Source of the DNA: Octopus bimaculoides
Lineage: Eukaryota
Assembly (NCBI RefSeq): GCF_001194135.2
Contig: NC_068989.1
Span: 51,288,092-51,336,421 of the forward strand
Length of the DNA: 48,330 nucleotides
Direction of reading: 5' to 3'
The notes beneath the pieces were generated by a model. It saw nothing but the letters and a program-made list of their open reading frames with translations. It did no database searches and was not told the origin of the DNA. This document shows positions 23,857 to 36,865 of the stretch, in pieces. The translations under genes were made by a program, and so were the position numbers. How positions within the stretch are numbered: position 1 is the first letter of the stretch; each line of letters starts with the position of its first letter.

Positions 23857-25107
23857 AAGAGGTGATCATTACAGATTTCCCCTGATCCACTTCCGGTTGT
23901 ATGAAACAGAAATTGCAAGGGTATAATTATACATGTCTCTACGTGTCGCATTGGAAATTGTAACTTGCCACTAGTATTCCTTTGTTTTCTACGGATGCTG
24001 AAGTGAACTAAGTTGTTATAATGGAGACAGTTGAATGCAGATCAGTGATCACGCTATTTTGCTTGTAAGGTCGTACGACAAAAGAGACTTTCAATGAGAT
24101 AAACGAAGTTGATGGTGATGATGCACCATCATATGACGTAGTCTAGCACTGGCATCGCCAATTTAAATTCGTCAGGATATCGTTGCAAACAGCTCCTATT
24201 CCTGGACGGAAACATTCTGCCATAACTATCTGCATGACTATCTGCCAACTAGCCCAGTGAAGATAAGTGTAGGGTCCATGGAAAAAATCATTCCCGACCA
24301 TGTGCGCGTGCGGAGGTTGTCAACAGCGGTCAATTGCTTCCAGGATCATTTGGTAATCTACCAAGTAAACCAGTAGGACATTCTCGGCAGGCATACCGCA
24401 CAGGATGAAACATATTTCCATTACCATGTTCCTGAGATTAAAATCCAGTTGAAGCAATGGAAGCATGACACCTCACCACCTCCAAAGAAAGCTCGTGTCC
24501 AATTCTCAGTAGGCAAGATGATGGCTAGCGCTGAGTAGTGATGATGGATTTTCTGGCAAAGGGCACCATAATTAACGTAGCATATTATGTTTCTCTGCGG
24601 CAGAAATTGCGAGACGCCTCCAAGACAACGCCCAAGTTTACAATATGCATATTGCTCAGATGAAAGCACACTCCTACAGGTATGAAATTGTTATATCTCA
24701 AGCTACTGCTATCTAGCACCTACGGATGATCTCTACACAACTGCTACACGACGGCTACTCAAATGCTACTCAACACCCCTACCGCGGCAAGACTACCTCT
24801 GTTTGTATGTCTTGGGTGGCCCTAATTCTTCGCTTGGGGGTGTCGACACAAGAAATATCCTCATCTTCCTTATTCTCGTTCCAAATATGAATTTTTCTTT
24901 AAAGGAAAAGCACTTTTCGGATGATGATGATGATGCTGATGAACTTATTTCCGAAGTAAAATCTTGGGTCCAGCCGCAATCTACTCTCTTCTACAGACGA
25001 GGTCTTCGCAGTTGTCTATATAGAGAAGGACCAATAATTATGCAAAGTTTCCTTTATCTCAGTCCTTGAGTAGTGGGTCAGGTACAAACTTTAATGAACA
25101 GCACTCG
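23857..25107 (+). mobile_element. Second mariner fossil (different subfamily)
   Basis: From ATG 24021: 'METVECRSVI...RTTKETFNEINEVDGDDAPSYDVV*HWHRQFK...APIPGR...QLKQWKHDTSPPPKKARVQFSVGKMM...DFLAKG...QDNA...PHLPYS..FPNM'. TIR-like right end 'aaactttaatgaacagcactcg'. Confidence 0.88.
24689..24850. mobile_element. Probable solo LTR (162 bp) inserted in the second mariner
   Basis: TGT...ACA termini flanked by tGAAAT (24683-24688) and aGAAAT (24851-24856). The transposase reads through as ...RYEI|(L)PHLPYS once it is removed. Confidence 0.6.
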
Positions 25108-28100
25108 CGTGTGTGTGTATGTGTTTATGTGTGTATGTACATATAAATGTATTTGTAGTGAGTATTTTAGTTACGTTTGGTGATTTGGTATAGTACTTAA
25201 ATGAAGATTAGGAATAATCGAAAGTAATTACATTCCTCATATTCTTTTACTATATTTCTTATATTCATAACAAAATCTTAAGTTCGTATATTAAACATAC
25301 AGTAACATATAATGAGTTATAATGTTATCCTTGTCTATATTTTAACATTAATTTTTCTCTAAGTATATTATCTTTTTATCGACGTTTAATTTAAGTAACG
25401 CGTGTTGCATAATGTAGTTCATAGATTTTTAAAATTATTCTTTTATGTTTTGCTTTGGTCCAAGTATAGAATTCTGAAATGGAGCTGAGCATTAAATTTA
25501 TAAGTATATTCTGGTGTTGTTAGCTTCGTTCCCGTATGGTAGTAGATACTTTTCAGTTCATTATCAATTCACATTATATTTCCTTGAGTCATTTGTCGCG
25601 CTGGTTTCTCGCTTGCAAATGTATATTGTTTGGAAATATGTCAAGTTTCTTTCTCATATTTGATACATGTGACATATAAACAAACAATTTTAGGACTAAT
25701 TAACGCATCTGAATCAGTATTGAACATAAAATTCTTTTGCAGTTTCTTCAAAGTCAAATGTGCTGAAGTGAGGGATTCTTACCTTAAAGGAAACGATTTT
25801 GTATATATAGTCCTTACTGTCTATGTGACCTCTTTATCGATGTCATTTATAATTAATACTTCGAATGGTCCTCGGGTAAAATTGTATTTTAAATAACTTA
25901 AGTGAAGACTTATTCCTGGTTGTGTCCTTTTTTATACTCCTGTACATTCTGTTCTTTACACCACGTTCATCACTGTCATCTCCATCCTCCCTTTCCGCAT
26001 TTTCTTCAGTATGTTCTGATATTCATGGTATGAAAGTTAATATAACAGAATGGAATTAGCGCAAGATGATATGCTTATCAAGAATGCATTGCTGTAGTTC
26101 GAGTTGTGAAACAAAGTAACACTGCCGTTGATATTTTGAACTTTCTACGTTTCCTTGACTCTAAAGTTTATAGCCCCGTGACAGTAAATTATGTATATTA
26201 TTTGTAGTTAATCAATTCGATCAATTCACTTTTTAGAATGCAGTTATGTTATTGTGACAAAGATATAAATTATTATCAATATTGATGCAGTCAAAGTAAC
26301 AGAGGAAATATGTAGAATCGTTAGAGCGTCACACAATATGCTTTATTTTCTTTTCTCCGGCTCCTTTATTTTAGGAATCACATACAACCACGATCATCGT
26401 ATCACATGTTCAATGTAATGAAGGTATCCAATTTTTCAGTATTACTGGCCTTGTGCTATATGAATGTTCCATACCAGTTACAAAAACAATTTAAATTTAT
26501 CGATATTCAGTATCACATTTCTTTGAATCATATCATCCATGTGTATTGTCTTTATAGATTCACGGAACCAAGTTATTGGAGTCACATGAAAGCGCCTTTC
26601 ACACAACGTATAGTGTTGTCGCTTTCGGTGGTGGTCTTTATCATTTGCCTCGTTTTCCAAACAAGATTAAATATTCATATATATATATATATATATTCTC
26701 TTTCCTTCGAATCTACTGACATACGCTATCTGAAATTCTGTGATTTAGCAAACGTTTCCACTACATTGTAATCAAACTGACATTTTTCATAGAGAATATA
26801 AAGACAAAGTTCATATATCCCGAAGAGAAGCATTTGTCCGGTGATATATCATGTACCATCCATTATGAAGACAGAGCAGCAAGTAACCAGTCTCCAAATT
26901 GGGCAATATTTGTTTTTTCTCATATTGATATATTGCCACATTTAATGGTCCGCAGTTTCCAGTACTTAAACACATAATCATCATTCAGCACATAACTAGT
27001 TTTGGTTTATGTTTATTTCAAAAGGATTTGTTGTAAACGCCGGTTCTTGTACGCCTATAATTAAGATTTATACACTCTTTAATTCTAAGGTTTTTCAGCT
27101 GATTGCCAGTCGATATGTCTTCTTTGTATGGACAAACTACCCGTATAAGAATATCTATTTTTAGACTTTTTCGTGCAGCATGACTATCTTGTTTGAAAAC
27201 CACTTATGTTTCTATATATTTGTTCCTGTTGTTAACTTCATATATAAAATTCTCTTTATCTATCGAAGCTCGACGACTTCTTAATGCGATACGCATATCA
27301 CCTTAAATATCATTCGTACTCTCAACGTTCCAACTATATGCAGTATACGCTGAAGTTATCATTGATTAGGCCAACATTTTACTGTAGCTCAGTCGATAGT
27401 ACATCTATGTGTTCACCTATTAAGTAAAGAAAATTGTAGAATGGCTCCTAAAAATAATTTTCTAAATGCATCTCTTAAGAATGTTCATTTATTATTTTTT
27501 AGCAATATCTCTTTTTCTTAAGTATAACCCATCTAACTTAGAATTTGATTTAATTTTATTCTATAATGCCATCCGTTCTGAGGATCAAATCTTTATACAC
27601 CTCAATTCAATTTTCGTAATCGAGCAACTAGTTGCGGTTTCATTTCCTTCATATCGAATACAGACATTGCATATTGATAACGCTCCTTATTATGCTTACT
27701 GCTCTTATGAAAATATATAAATTTTAAATTTTGAATTCATTTCTGATCTCTGAAAGTGAAATAATCTATAGAAATCTCATGATGACAATTCTGACCTATA
27801 TTCATAAGTAATGTGGCCAGAACAGAATCGATGCACGGCCATACATACCTAAACGTGAGGAATCTACATAAAAAATAACTTTTAATATTTTCTTTCACAT
27901 ATTATTTAGCATTTGTTTTCGAAAGTCCCCAACATTTCAGAATCCTATAAGATATATATGACAAACCTTTTTAAAAGCTGTACACTACAGTCATAACGGT
28001 ATGTTTTACTAAAACTCTCCGATGTTCCATATGTATCATTAATTTAATTTATAGCATTTGAAGCACACCGATTTCTTATGGATCATTACAGTGTAAATTA

Positions 28101-28731
28101 TTATTGCTTTTATTTTTTTAGGATCGTAGCCATTATAATTGCTCCTGTAATGATTCAATAATGTTGCCTGCGGTTATCGAATTTGGTTGATTATTTGTAA
28201 TGTATCTATGACGAGAAACACTAAGATGCCCTTCATGAAAAAGAAGGTGGGCTTGACCAACCGCTAGGTTTTTATTTGTAAGGCATATTTGCAGTTATCT
28301 AATCGACAGATATGCTTTATTGTAGAGCCTTCCATTAATCGTTCTTTCATAGACATTTTCCAAAACTTCTCAAATTAATATTTAAAAAAAATTATATCCA
28401 GATACATAGTTCAATGTTCATGATATAGGCATTGCCGTTTGGCACTTTTCTACGGCTACTCGGCATGCCGATACTCCACTCAATGTAATCAAAACATACA
28501 CTTTTTTTAGTCATATATCTTTTTCTCGTGATTATCAGAGCTATTTTCTAAAGTTCTGAATCGAACAAGTTTCAAAGAAAAGGAGTTATACATTGTCAGT
28601 ATTTAAGAGAATAACGTGCCTCATATAATAACGTCCTATCATTCTATGTCTCTCTGTAAATCCATGGTGGTAAATAAAGAAATTCATTTAAGAACGTAAA
28701 AACGTCGTCATGCTGTTACCCCCCCAACCCC

Positions 28732-28780
28732 CCATCATCATCATCATCATCAGCATCATCATCATCATCATCATCATCAT
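28732..28780. repeat. (ATC)n microsatellite at the 3' end of a Dong-type element
   Basis: Direct reading. Confidence 0.9.
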
Positions 28781-29140
28781 TGTGTTTTCAATCAGGTCCG
28801 GTTTTATTCCTCCTAGGAATTATGTGGGTACCGGGTTACTACCCGTAAGCTTAGGTATCCACAAATTTTCAGCAGTCATTCAAGTGCTTTGAGCCCTCTT
28901 GATAACACTTGCTGTCCCTTAGCGAAAAACGTCCTGTAGGAGCTGTACAGAGTTTTCTATTACGATCCCTTTCAGCCATTTTTCTATAACATTACTTTCT
29001 GTTCCCAGCGCACCACTTATTGTAGGCACAACCTTTATAGTTTTCAGCCTCCAAATTCTTCATATTTCAAATTTTAATCGATTGATTTTTTTTCTTCGTC
29101 CTATTTACTTTCGATCTTGGAATCAAACACGCATGGTGGG
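28781..29140 (-). mobile_element. R4/Dong-clade retrotransposon 3' end (REL), decayed
   Basis: Minus-strand translation gives 'PPCVFDSKIESK*DEEKINRLKFEI*RIWRLKTIKVVPTISGALGT...VQLLQ'. The UTR ends in (GAT)n. Confidence 0.85.
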
Positions 29141-29179
29141 TTTAAATTATTATTATTATTAATAGTAGTAGCATCAATA

Positions 29180-29300
29180 TAAAGGTGGCTTAGCCGGATT
29201 TATTCCCGCTCTTTGCGCTCTGTGCTCATATCCTGCGGAGGTCAACCTTATCCTTCATCCTTTTGCGTTCTGTGTCTGATGTAATCGACTTGCTCTTTCG
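29180..29300 (+). mobile_element. Degenerate tRNA-derived SINE fragment
   Basis: 'gcggaggtcaaccttatccttcatcctttt...gatgtaatcgac'. Confidence 0.6.
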
Positions 29301-29374
29301 CAAAAATGTCATGGTCTTGTTCCTAAATCATAAAAATTAATATCATCATCATCTGGATTGTAGGAGTGGCAGTT

Positions 29375-29529
29375 GAAGCAGCAGCAAGAGTAGCAGTAGT
29401 AGTAGCAGTAGTAGTAGCAGTAGTAGTTGCAGTAGTAGTAGCAGTAGTAGTAGTAATAGCAGTAGTAGTAGTAATAGCAGTAGTAGTAGCAGCAGTAGCA
29501 GCAGCAGTAGCAGCAACAGCAGCAGCAGC

Positions 29530-29579
<50 letters not shown>

Positions 29580-29590
29580 CAGTAGTAGTG
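29375..29590. repeat. (AGT)n/(AGC)n compound trinucleotide repeat
   Basis: Direct reading. Confidence 0.95.
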
Positions 29591-31849
29591 CCAGACTTGA
29601 ATGATCACATCATATACTCTACCTAAGGAGTAACCTGACAGCAATAGACAAAGATATTTTATTAAAGTCCGTTGATCGTAAGTTAAGTTAAATTTGTATG
29701 ACATTTGGTGCGTGTCGTGTAATAAAAATACATTGCTATTATTTGACCTCTGTATTCCATTGGTGCCAAACGTACTCATACTGCAAGATCATAATTTGCA
29801 AAATTGACCTTATATATGTAAGAACATATTTAACAATTTTTAATGCCGAATATTTCACCATGAATCGCAAAATACTTTCTTTTTTTTTTTTTGCCTTTCG
29901 TTGGTTTATATAATAACGTACCTTTCGTTTTATACTACAGTAGATGAAAATATATGGAGGGTATAAACAGCAAATTCCATTTCCGAGAACTGAATCCTAC
30001 TAGCTTACTGGGTGTGTGAAATCGTTTTATATTTCACTTGTACGTGGTGACTTTGCCAACCGTCGTCTATTTCTTTCATATTCTTATCGTGTCCACATCT
30101 CTCTGTTCAAATGATTAAATGAGTTGAATATCTCACTATGCGTGTGATTGTAATGGCAGCAGTAAATCAGTATTAATATTTTATAATTAATTTCGTTTTC
30201 AAATATATTTTCCCCGAGTCAACACGCAAATATTTTATTTGATGGTTGTTGAATTTATTCCTGAGTTTGAAGTATACCGCAGAACAGAGCTATTCGGCTC
30301 GTTATAAGTTTTTCGAAGTTTAACGCGCATTAGCTCATAGTTAGTCAACTTTCGGGTAAAATTTCCTGTTGAAAGTCACGAAAGAAATTCATGAAGTGCA
30401 TGCATTTCCCTAAAAAATATAACATTTAACTTAATCCCATCATGATGCGTTTTGGGGCAGGAAATTGATGAATATCCGCATCTATAATGTAAATCACCAT
30501 TTGAACAGTATTTTAATATAAATTTTCTGGAAGGATGCATAAATGTTAAGTGACAGACCTTCTTGTACATATCTGTGACACATATGTAGCTGTCACTGAC
30601 ATTATCATGTGATAATATAGATGTTCCCATAAGTATAGGACAATTTCTTATTTGGATTCTCTATATCCTTTTGTTATATATCTTTGTTTTGCATTTACTG
30701 TTTTTCTGGAGGGTGCCTCTGGTGTCATCAGATTCATTTTATTTGTATCAGAAGGGACAATGTTAATTATTTATTGCTGTCTGGTATTCAAATATTATGC
30801 CGTGTTGAAATATTTAGTATGCGTTTCATTTTAAAAAACTTGCAAGTTACACTAGATTTATTATTTATCGTTACTACAATTATTCTGTTTACACAGTCTT
30901 TTTGAAATACCTATTTATTTCTTGTTTGAGAAGAATGTGTTATATCTTGAATATCATATATGATATTCAAGATTAGCAAAGGTTGTGATATTAAATATTA
31001 ACAAAGATTGTGCACTAAAACATGTACATGTCACACTATAACAATATCTAGAATCTTTCTAAAACAAATCCTCAGTTTACGACAATTTTCAGTCAGGAAC
31101 AACCACTCGCGAGTAATGGCGTGATATACTAAACAACATGAATATTGCGAAATTACTATATATTGTTTTAGATGATATAATGTTCCTATTTACTAGACTA
31201 CTGATCGAAGCACTGCACATACAATAATATATTCAACTGCAGTGCACTGCAGAAATCTTTCGTCTATTACACTTACTTCGATATATCAATCAAGTAGGGA
31301 AACATTAGACTTGATGACAAGTATAAGAATGCGCCAAAGTTTTATCAGACAACTGGCGAAAACTTAGCAATATATTGAGCAGTGCTACAATATCATTCGT
31401 CAAGGTGAAAGAACTAAATAAAACAGTGTATTGTTTCTGTACACAAATAACAAGTTCAATAGATGTGTGGCGCTTTCATCCATTTCTGTCTCCTTAATCT
31501 TCCTCAAAATGCATTGGCCAACCTCAAACTAATTTAGGCGACATAATCACAATGAAGGACGTGATCATCCTTGGTGTATGATGGAATCAGAAATAAATAT
31601 TCAAAAAGGAAGGCGTCCTAATTCATAGATCTTCCTGGATAAAGCGTGGATGTCGAAACGGAATAGAGTCTGCTGTGTTCCACTGTTTTGACTCGAGCTG
31701 TATAATGCTGTGAATAAAAACGACTCAATGAGGCAAAAAGTGGTACAAATGCCACATTAAATTTAATTTGATGAATGTATTCTCAGACGAATTCCTGTTT
31801 CAAGAAAATGACATCAAGAATTATTTCCCCTGCTTATTGTTTAAATGTA

Positions 31850-32062
31850 TTTAACAAAGAAAAAACATACTGATTCAACCGTCCGCCAGTTTTAAACAGA
31901 ATCAAACCGAAATAATGAGTTCGAGCCACTCAGCCAATGGGTATATCTGCCAAATTTCGGGAAAATCCTTTCAACTGTTTTCCAGTAATTTTGCAAACAC
32001 ATACACAAATAGGTAATGACGATCGACTACAATACCTCGCTTTCGATTAGGCGCGCAGAATA
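31850..32062 (-). mobile_element. Possible Helentron-like non-autonomous element (second family)
   Basis: Ends 'caatacctcgctttcgattaggcgcgcag' and has an internal 'gccaaatttcgggaaaatcc...ttttccagtaattttgcaaac', an architecture parallel to 46314-46676. Confidence 0.4.
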
Positions 32063-33720
32063 ATAGACACCATACGACTTCGTAAAAAGATGTCTTCTGC
32101 CACATCTAGCATTGAGAACTGGGATGGAGCTTTTCTCTCTGTGGAGATTATCCTTAGGAGGTGGAGAGAATACTTTGCTGATCTCTGAAATTCTGTTAAA
32201 AAAATTTCTTCTGCTGGCAACGGGCTGTTTCTAGAGGTGAAGGCTAATGTCTCAGATGCAGAATTCATAGAGGAAATTAAAGAAATTCGGCTTGTGATAT
32301 TAAAAGCCGTCAATGTAGAATGTATTCTCTAATTGACGTTTATCTAGCAGTTAGTTTGCAGCTCTGGAAAGAGACCGAAATAATGTGAAACCGTAGGGGT
32401 AAACCCAAGTTTTAAAAAGAGAGAGAAGCAGGAGAACTCTAGTCATACATCATCTCTTTGTTGAACCATCTCGGTTAAGTGGTGCTCAGTGTCTGTAAAG
32501 GAGACGTAGTGAAATTGTGGAGCACAAACTTTCTGAAAAGCAGCGTTGCTCTCTTTGTAGCAGCACAGCCTACCATATATCCACGCCAAGGAAGGTCTTC
32601 AAGAAAGAGTGAGAACATTGCCAAGAAATGTAAGCCTGCATTGTGAACCTCAAAAAGGCTTGTCACATTGACTCGCGCGATAAGCAGTAGAGGGCTTTGC
32701 TGGACTTATGATTAATGGGAAAGGGCTTATGTCTCTTTACGAATGCCTAGATGTGTGGGTAAAGTGTTTGGGTAAAGTGTGCAATATCGAAATAATTCAA
32801 GATAGGTCTTGGACCTCGTCAGTAGTGAGTACTGTCACATTTCCATTTCATAATATTTATGAAATGGGTTGACATTCGCAGGCATTGTGGAAATGGTATC
32901 ACAAACAGACGCTGTTATTTGCAGCCAATGTGGTTCATATTGGATCACCAGAAGGTGATCTCCAACAAGCACTAGATAAATAACCTGCCTTGCGCTGTAA
33001 GACACAGATAAGAATTAATGTTGCCAAGAGAGAGTCATGGGGTTTGTCAAGAAACTCCTTCCATGACATTCTGAATGTTTGTAGAATGTCTCTGAGCAAC
33101 CTGTGAAATATAATTATATCGGGGCCGTATTCAGAAGTGCTAGAAAGCAAAGATCTGCATCAGGATCTAGTATTGCAGGTGCTGGCATAGTAATGCGTCA
33201 GCTCCATCATCAAACCCACAGATAGAAGTTGCTAAATAAGTGGAACTCACTCTGTTCAATTCGTTGTTTTATCCCTATCACCACCAATGGTTATGTATGT
33301 TGAGTACGAACGTGAATACTAGCGGCCGAAATCAGGTGTCTACGAAGTACCCAAGAAACAACATTACTGGACAGGGTGAACAGCTCGAAAATCAGTGAAT
33401 CTCTCCAGTTTGAGGTGCTACTTCTCTGCATTGAGGGGTCACAGTTGTGGTATTACCGACATGGGATTAGAATGTGACAGGAATGAAGCAGAAGGCGTGT
33501 TCTGAAACTTAAGTCAAATAGAGGGGTCCTGAGATTTCATTAAAAACGAGATTGTTGGATAATATTCATAATTCCAGCGCTAGAAAGTCTAATGTGTGTT
33601 GGTCCAGATTGTAGCTTATGAAGGAGGTGCTGTGGTTCCTCTCGTGAATGTGCCAAAATTATGGAGGGAGATGTTTCATGGATGGTTGGATAATCTGAAG
33701 ATGTAAAGCACTTATATCAA
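32060..33720 (+). mobile_element. Decayed RTE-clade LINE (RT domain and C-terminus)
   Basis: Degenerate translation gives 'ILRRWREYFADL...VNPSFKKRE...CIVNLKKA...IGLGPRQ**VLS..FIIFM...LLFAANVV..DLQQALDK'. Confidence 0.85.
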
Positions 33721-34366
33721 ACGATTGAGCGCTTATCTGTGAAAAAACAATTATGACATTCGGTGAGATGTAGACATCAGGAATAAGATTGAGAATTAGT
33801 TATTGGAAAATCCTAGCGTATTAAATAGAAAAGCTTAACGAAATTATTAAAGTAGGATCTGACCCTGAACAGAAGATTCGTGATAAGGGGTAGGGAAGTT
33901 TACCCACTTAAATGCGTCAATGTGAGAGTTGGAAAAATCCAGGCAACACCAAGAGACAACTGGCAATGCAGTAACGGTAGAAAAGGTATCTTCGGCAGAA
34001 CTTAGGAGATTTTCGCCTGCCCTTTTGTATTAGAGACATTCAAATAGTCAATATAATATTATCCAGAATGTTTGTATATATATTCTAGGATAGAAGTCAT
34101 ACATACGGTGGCAATGCTCATTTGAACTTTTTAAAAGCTTCGTTACTGATTGTTAGTAGTCGAAAGTAATCTCTGATACTGTAAACAATGACCAAAATAA
34201 TCGAAGTAGGCCGGTAATGTTCACGGATTTCGTTAGGCATAAGGGGCATGTAGTATAAAGTATTTCATGTTTACCGATGGTACTGTTGGAAGAAATAGAA
34301 TTTGTTACTGAATTCAATGGATAATGTACATATTTCCAGTATATTTTGCTTTGGATTTTCTAGTGA

Positions 34367-34482
34367 AGAACCGCATCGTGTCAGTGTAGACTTGGTTGGA
34401 GGTGTTGTCAGTTAGAATCAAAAGACGGATGAAATGTTGATATACGCACGGCGTGCTAACGATTCTGCCAGTTCGCTGCGTA
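34367..34482 (-). mobile_element. tRNA-derived SINE 5' fragment
   Basis: 'cggcgtgctaacgattctgccagttcgctgc' is the reverse complement of the SINE head. Confidence 0.65.
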
Positions 34483-34487
34483 TATAT

Positions 34488-34490
34488 AAT

Positions 34491-34579
<89 letters not shown>

Positions 34580-34593
34580 TAATAATTATAATT
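34488..34593. repeat. (AAT)n microsatellite
   Basis: Direct reading. Confidence 0.95.
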
Positions 34594-34594
34594 A

Positions 34595-35165
34595 CGTGGA
34601 GTTAGCTAGAATAGATATAAACTCCTATGTAGGTAACAGTGAAGAAAGTTTATTAAAAGCTACTAGAGTCACATCAGAACATACGGAAACCAAACCGCCA
34701 AATGAACTTAAAAAAACAGACAAAATAGCAGAAATTATTTGACTGGCAGGAGAAGGTGTTGTATGGTATATTCCCAAAGATAGTTGCAGCAAATAGTAGT
34801 AGTGAAACATGGTTATGGCTTCAGAAAGAAAACATCAATCATTAAGGACTAATTGGTTAAAAGCCAAGATAGACAAAAGCCAAGAAAATTCCCAATGTAG
34901 ATTATGCAAATCAAAAGAGAAAAGCCTTCCTGACATAAGAAGTGAATGTAGTATGCTGGCACAGAACGAATACAAGGAAAGACATGACAATCTCGGGAGA
35001 ACAATCTACTGGGAGCATGTAAAAAGCTAGGATTTGAACATACTGATAAATTGTATGAACATGAATCTAGTAAAGTAGTAGAAAGTAAGAAGTGCAAGAT
35101 GTTGTAAGACTTTAATATTCCGGCTCATAGAGTAATAGAAGATAGGAGGCTTGATTTGGTGGCGA

Positions 35166-35214
<49 letters not shown>

Positions 35215-35216
35215 TA

Positions 35217-35273
<57 letters not shown>

Positions 35274-35520
35274 AAAGTGCCAAAGAATTGACTTTACAGT
35301 CAATTATGATAAAAAATTAATATGAGAAATATAGAAAAAATAGGCAAGTACTAGGACATAGTTATTAAATTACAGCGACTAAGGAAAGTGTTTGAAAAAT
35401 GTAACCCAGAAGTAATAGGTACATGTGGAACTATCCCTAAATATCTGAACAAATGGATAGAGGAAATAAGCACTGACAGGAGGAGAGCGTTATCAGTATC
35501 TAGTAATATTAGAATCTGAC
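34595..35520 (+). mobile_element. Decayed R4/Dong-clade retrotransposon (CCHC and REL) with a (GTA)n expansion at 35165-35272
   Basis: 'SLRTNWLKAKIDKSQENSQCRLCKSKE...SECSMLAQNEYKERHDNLGRTIYWE', then 'KCKML*DFNIPAHRVIEDRRLDLV'. Confidence 0.9.
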
Positions 35521-35955
35521 AAATTAGTATCTGTAGCAATGAAAGCGAAAATTGAGGAGCACATCAGAAGGGTGAGGGAGCTACTTAAGTCAAAGGTAAA
35601 TGGTCCGAATCTAGTAAAGGCTGTAAATACGTGGGCAGCATCATTACTTAGATACACAGCAGCTTTAATAGATTGGATAGAAACTGAATTAGCAAAGCTA
35701 GCCAGAAGAACTAGGAACGAATTAAATATAGATGGAAGACTGTATCCAAGGGCAAGAGTGGCATACGTAGAAAGGAAGGTGGAAGAAGATAAATATCAGT
35801 GGAAGAATGTGTGGAGTTAGCTAGATTAAATATGGACTCCTATGTAGGTAAAAGTGAAGAAACTTTCTGAAAAGCTGCCAGAGTCACAGCAAAACCGCGA
35901 AACCAAAAATTCAAAGGAACTTAAAAACCAGATAAAAAATAGAAATTGTCTGACT
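35521..35955 (+). mobile_element. Second R4/Dong fragment (RT thumb region) in tandem with the previous one
   Basis: 'EEHIRRVRELLKSKVNGPNLVKAVNTWAASLLRYTAALIDW..ELAKLARRTR...LYPRA..YVERK'. 35811-35955 is homologous to 34595-34745. Confidence 0.9.
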
Positions 35956-36865
35956 CGTTTAACTAGGTAGAAACACTAAATCCTCGTCCATTTCCCTAAC
36001 AATACACACATACATACATACATAGACGTGTGTATATATTTATTTGTACACATATCTACAGAACTTTCTCTTTTTATGTATACATAAATACATACATACA
36101 TGTGTGTGTATGTGTGTGTCTGTGCTGGTTGTACAGACATACGCCTACATACAACCGTATGTTCACACATTCATACGTTATGTAAACGGATGGTGGTTTT
36201 CAATATACTATTTAGCTTAATCTGAGATTTCTTCTACTGCTATGCACATATTACAGCTTTAGAAACTAGTTTCGTAGAATATTGAATAAAATACTAACGG
36301 ACTCCTCCATATTAGGACTATATCATTAATCTCAAATCAACATTGACAATAGAGTTGAATTAAATAAGAAATCAATGCATCTACCTCATCGTAAATAAGA
36401 ACGATGTATGTGGCTGTGCTAACTAACTATCTTACATCGACACAAAGGCAGTGGGATGGTGGTACCAATATCGATAAAGCCTGAATTTCGTCCTTATTAT
36501 CTGGATTTCAAAAGCTAATGTAAAGAAAAGCGTGGCATCTTGGTAGTCAACTACGTAGCATGTAACGCTTTAAATCTTAAAAGTACGTGCTAAATTGATT
36601 TCTATTGAAGATAAACCGTGACATGATATAAAGACCAGTTAATGATTATACCTAGAGGAAATAGAGACACATTATTCTCGCTTTTCTGTTAAGCTAATGG
36701 AAAGTTTTGACAATACTTGTCCTACGGTCCACGTCGAAAATACACTGTAAAATAGAATGAGGAAAACCTTGAAATAGATCATAAGACTGCAATGTATGAT
36801 GTGTATATGTATTCACATATGAGTACATATGTATTCAAAAGTACACACACACAAACATTATGAAG

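Noticed and set aside
27383-27399. tRNA A-box-like TAGCTCAGTCGATAG
   Set aside because: No B-box or cloverleaf downstream.
30376-30630. Kinase-like 'KYCSNGDL' in a minus-strand ORF
   Set aside because: No other kinase subdomain and no convincing exon boundaries.
31635-31665. 'gatgtcgaaacgg', resembling a PLE or hammerhead end
   Set aside because: The CUGANGA core and stems are absent.
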